Positions 7,982-10,586 of a stretch of DNA of 10,586 nt are shown here, piece by piece (position 1 is the stretch's first letter; the number at the start of each line of letters is the position of its first letter). Under the pieces are notes generated by a model. The model made no database searches. It was given only the letters and a program-made list of their open reading frames with translations, and was not told the DNA's origin. The translations under genes and the position numbers were made by a program. This DNA comes from Candidatus Thorarchaeota archaeon (lineage in GTDB: Archaea; Asgardarchaeota; Thorarchaeia; Thorarchaeales; Thorarchaeaceae), in contig JBHLRQ010000107.1 of NCBI GenBank assembly GCA_048882385.1, positions 1 to 10,586 on the forward strand, given 5' to 3'.

Positions 7982-9406
7982 CTATAGGGATGCCAGATAT
8001 GCATTCAAGTCTGCTAGCGTAGCCAAATATTGTGCATTGGCTGCTGCAGTCCATGCGGTCTGCATATCATAGTAGAATCCACTATCATTGATCATTTGAT
8101 CATTGATCGATTTCGCAAAATCAATTGTGAAATTCGTTGGAGTCGATTCATACATTATGGTGACAGGACGTCCCATGTAGATAGACCAATTGTTGAGTTG
8201 AGTTAGTGTGATGTCAGTGTCAATGTAAGCACTAACTAATGCATCCCAACATAATACAAGGTTGTCATGTGCGTCATTAAAGACTGCTTCAAAGTATGAG
8301 ATGAATGCAGTATTAATTTCCACAGACAATGTGTCATTGAAATCTATTCCTGATGTTTCAATTGTTTGATTATATGTTGCATAGAGGTCTGGGAAGTTCT
8401 GTCCGTATGTTGTAGTAAATGCAGATCCCAAGACCGGCATTCGACTCACACCAGGTGTAAGCCAGACTGCTTGTCCCTCAGGAGACAGAACATAATCAAT
8501 GAATCCTTCAGCTAAATCCTTCTTAGGAGTGTCTTTCACCATAGCAATTGGATCTCCATTGACAATTGTTTCCCCTTCAGGAATAATGTATTCACAATCA
8601 GGGTTGTTTGCCTGAGTGTTGTAACCATAGAAGTCAATCGACATTGAAACGCCCACTTCTTGGTTCTCAGCTGCAGCTTGGGTCTGGACAGATCCAGGAT
8701 ACAATCTGGCGCTTCCAGCCATTCTGGCTAGAGTTACCCATCCAGCTTCCCAACCCATACCCTGAGTAATGATTTCATAGATTCGAGTGTTGGATGTTGT
8801 TGCGGGTGCATTGCCCATAGCGATTGTCGCTGTTGGTAACAAAGAACCCCAGATAGGTTGAGCAAGATGTGTCCAGTTATTAGGAGTGGGTAGACTATTT
8901 GCATCCAGGAAAGCATGATTAACCGTGAATCCAAATGTTGAGATGGCTGCTGCCACCCAAACAACATCATTGTTTCCGTCACGACGTTTCATGTCTGTGT
9001 TTGCAATCTCATCAGGTACTCTATCTACAACCGCCTCAATGGAAGCCCAATTCAATGGCTCTAGATTGCCATCACGTTGCATCTGGTCAAATAGTGTAGG
9101 ACCACCCCCCCACAATACGTCAACACCACCTGCTGCAATCACATCATCCCAAAATCCACCATCTTGTGTCTTCCAGACAACATCTGTAATTCTATTTTGA
9201 ATAGCAAAATCACTTGCTAGAAATGCAGTTTCATATGCTGCGTGAATTGCAACGTCGTGCCGAGTGAGCACAGTTATGCTCTGTTGTGGACCAGCGGGGC
9301 TCATATTCAAAACTACAAGAGCTCCTCCAGTTACGACTACAGCAATTACAACGACAGCAATTACAATCGTTCTCATATTTCGTGTACTTTCGAACTCTCC
9401 GGCCAT
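7982..9406 (-). CDS. ABC substrate-binding protein (AfuA/FbpA/TbpA-like class II fold) with N-terminal membrane anchor; ligand unknown
   Basis: N-terminal hydrophobic stretch IVIAVVVIAVVVTGGALVVL; DVLWGGG, GFTVN, PNNWTHLA, NAPATTSNT, IIPEGETIVNGDPIAMVK, AEGFIDYVLSPEGQ. ATG 9406 lies 6 nt after AGGTGA. Seven N-x-S/T sequons (NMS, NWT, NQT, NDT, NWS, NFT, NDS). Confidence 0.9.
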   Translation of the reverse strand: MAGEFESTRNMRTIVIAVVVIAVVVTGGALVVLNMSPAGPQQSITVLTRHDVAIHAAYETAFLASDFAIQNRITDVVWKTQDGGFWDDVIAAGGVDVLWGGGPTLFDQMQRDGNLEPLNWASIEAVVDRVPDEIANTDMKRRDGNNDVVWVAAAISTFGFTVNHAFLDANSLPTPNNWTHLAQPIWGSLLPTATIAMGNAPATTSNTRIYEIITQGMGWEAGWVTLARMAGSARLYPGSVQTQAAAENQEVGVSMSIDFYGYNTQANNPDCEYIIPEGETIVNGDPIAMVKDTPKKDLAEGFIDYVLSPEGQAVWLTPGVSRMPVLGSAFTTTYGQNFPDLYATYNQTIETSGIDFNDTLSVEINTAFISYFEAVFNDAHDNLVLCWDALVSAYIDTDITLTQLNNWSIYMGRPVTIMYESTPTNFTIDFAKSINDQMINDSGFYYDMQTAWTAAANAQYLATLADLNAYLASL

Positions 9407-9412
9407 CAAGTA

Positions 9413-9418
9413 TCACCT
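9413..9418 (-). promoter_or_regulatory. Shine-Dalgarno AGGTGA of the substrate-binding protein gene
   Basis: Minus strand AAAAAGGTGATACTTGATG. Confidence 0.75.
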
Positions 9419-9420
9419 TT

Positions 9421-9479
9421 TTGAAAGGAATTTCTCACTGAATAGATACGACACCGTGCCTTTTCAAAGCTCCTTTCAA
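9421..9479. repeat. Perfect 9-bp inverted repeat in the predicted ABC operon 5' leader
   Basis: TTGAAAGGA (9421-9429) and TCCTTTCAA (9471-9479), plus a second near-copy of one arm, CCTTTTCAAA (9459-9468). Confidence 0.7.
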
Positions 9480-9509
9480 GTTCGCTAAGTTTCGACACAA
9501 CGATGAGTG

Positions 9510-9524
9510 ATATTAAAGGTTTGT
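9510..9524 (-). promoter_or_regulatory. Putative BRE/TATA promoter of the ABC operon
   Basis: Minus strand ACAAACC-TTTAATAT. This predicts a TSS near 9485-9490 and a ~80 nt leader. Confidence 0.55.
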
Positions 9525-9532
9525 CACCAGTG

Positions 9533-9558
9533 TGAATGTGTACCTAAGTACATGTTCA
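9533..9558. repeat. Imperfect palindrome (11-bp arms, 4-nt spacer), candidate operator
   Basis: TGAATGTGTAC-CTAA-GTACATGTTCA: 9 of 11 pairs are Watson-Crick and the other two are G/T. Confidence 0.6.
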
Positions 9559-9567
9559 TTCGTGAGG

Positions 9568-9597
9568 ATTTGTTCAATGATTAGTTATTCGTTCAAT
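9568..9597 (+). repeat. Direct repeat ATTYGTTCAAT x2
   Basis: ATTTGTTCAAT (9568-9578) and ATTCGTTCAAT (9587-9597), with a third GTTCA core at 9554-9558. Confidence 0.6.
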
Positions 9598-9634
9598 AAG
9601 GAATAAAAACATCATTTTTTAACTGGTGGTGCCT

Positions 9635-9647
9635 AAAAGCCTAAATA
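9635..9647 (+). promoter_or_regulatory. Putative BRE/TATA promoter of the secreted-protein gene
   Basis: AAAAGC-CTAAATA about 70 nt upstream of the start. The TATA match is imperfect. Confidence 0.35.
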
Positions 9648-9700
9648 CTCATCACTTAGGTAACTGCCTACGTTTCGAGTTAACTTCACGGAAGATTCGA

Positions 9701-9706
9701 AGGAGG
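9701..9706 (+). promoter_or_regulatory. Shine-Dalgarno AGGAGG
   Basis: AGGAGG 11 nt upstream of TTG 9718. Confidence 0.6.
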
Positions 9707-9717
9707 ACAAAAACGCG

Positions 9718-10586
9718 TTGAATACAGGTTTACGGACACGTAAGGTTGCTGCGATGTTTCTCATCGCTGCACTCTTCGCTCCATACTTCATTAGCGTTGG
9801 TATTGTTCCGACCAAAGTTGTGGCTGCAGAAGACCCAATCACTCCGTTGATTGTGGTCGATATGGGCCATGGCCAGTACTCTTCATACGTATATGGAGAA
9901 GAAGACGCTTGGTTGGCTGGCAATCTGACAGCTATGGGATTTGAAGTAGTATTCGCATGGGGTGGTCTCAATGACACCATTCTTGAGGATGCTACAGGAC
10001 TATTGGTTGGTGCCATTTATGGCGTCAACGAAGGCTTCACAGCTTCTGAGATTTCTGCTGTTGCCGATTGGTTTAATGCAGGGAACAAATTCCTATGGGT
10101 CGGATCTGACTCTGACTACTCAGGCTATGCCTACATCAATGCCAACTCATCATTGATTCTTGATGCTGTTGGTTCACATGTATATCCAGAGGCGATCTCA
10201 ATCAGTGACGCTCACTCCAACTGTAATGCTTCATACCGAGTGGTCGCAAACATGACCAGCTCTGATCCATATGTTGCAGGCATTGTTGATGGTGTCGATG
10301 CAGTACTCATGCACGGTCCAACCTCACTCTACGGAAGTACTTCTGGAGCTGAGGGAACCGATGTTGTTGCACTTGAATCTGAGACCATTGATGATGTTTA
10401 CCCATTACTCTACTACGGTGCTTCAGCTACCATTGGTGACTCTGACCTTGTCCCACCACTTGCTAATGCAGACGGTGACATGGGCAATTGTGTCGCAGTA
10501 TCCATGGTGATCTATGCTGGAACTGATGGAACAGGGGTAATCATTGTGTCTGGTGCCTCACCTTACGGTGACTATCAGCCAATGTT
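9718..10586 (+). CDS. Secreted/surface protein with a probable class I glutamine amidotransferase-like (GIFT/GldG/DUF4350-like) alpha/beta domain, truncated by the window edge
   Basis: Manual translation, open for 289 codons to the edge: MNTGLRTRKVAAMFLIAALFAPYFISVGIVPTKVVAA|EDPITPLIVVDMGHGQ...LAGNLTAMGFEVV...LNDTILEDATGLLVG...FTASEISAVADWFNAGNKFLWVGSDSDY...SNCNASYRVV...VLMHGP...IIVSGASPYGDYQPM. It has a basic N-region, a hydrophobic stretch and a VAA cleavage-like site. The CDS itself is secure; the domain call is from motif recall. Confidence 0.85.
   Translation, partial: MNTGLRTRKVAAMFLIAALFAPYFISVGIVPTKVVAAEDPITPLIVVDMGHGQYSSYVYGEEDAWLAGNLTAMGFEVVFAWGGLNDTILEDATGLLVGAIYGVNEGFTASEISAVADWFNAGNKFLWVGSDSDYSGYAYINANSSLILDAVGSHVYPEAISISDAHSNCNASYRVVANMTSSDPYVAGIVDGVDAVLMHGPTSLYGSTSGAEGTDVVALESETIDDVYPLLYYGASATIGDSDLVPPLANADGDMGNCVAVSMVIYAGTDGTGVIIVSGASPYGDYQPM

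Noticed and set aside
4741-7984. Genome-wide TAG-to-pyrrolysine recoding
   Set aside because: TAG ends TgtA at its natural PUA C-terminus, ends the ATPase after its TOBE region, and interrupts no conserved domain in the window.
965-9488. The remaining short track ORFs in this span (e.g. 965-1252, 1641-2000, 3318-3614, 6369-6746, 8925-9200, 9231-9416)
   Set aside because: Antisense or alternate-frame shadows of confident genes. The Cys-rich 9231-9416 peptide is a frame-shifted reading of the Val/Ile/Ala-rich anchor codons.
9410-9717. tRNA, CRISPR array or TPP riboswitch in the large intergenic region
   Set aside because: No cloverleaf or T-loop in a tRNA context, the repeats are only 9-11 bp without spacer architecture, and there is no CUGAGA-type TPP core.
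9633-10510. Track ORFs 9633-10016 (-), 9962-10156 (+) and 10271-10510 (+)
   Set aside because: Shadows of the real edge-truncated gene starting at 9718.

Overview
Archaeal chromosomal window, most plausibly from an anaerobic, possibly Asgard-type lineage (inference from gene content; no search run). Minus strand: HflX GTPase, methylenetetrahydrofolate reductase (MetF) and the 5' part of an MtrH-family methyltransferase that runs off the left edge and is missing from the ORF track. Plus strand: full-length archaeosine tRNA-guanine transglycosylase (TgtA). It converges, with interlocked TAG stops, on a three-gene minus-strand ABC importer of the FbpABC/AfuABC/ThiBPQ type (binding protein, double-domain permease, ATPase). 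A ~300 bp structured intergenic region separates this operon from a divergent secreted, probably glycosylated protein that runs off the right edge and is also missing from the ORF track. No rRNA, tRNA, CRISPR array or mobile element was seen. The most interesting points are the metF-mtrH pairing, a single in-frame amber codon between the binding protein and a permease with an unusual N-terminal extension, a structured ABC leader, and motifs shared by the divergent promoters.
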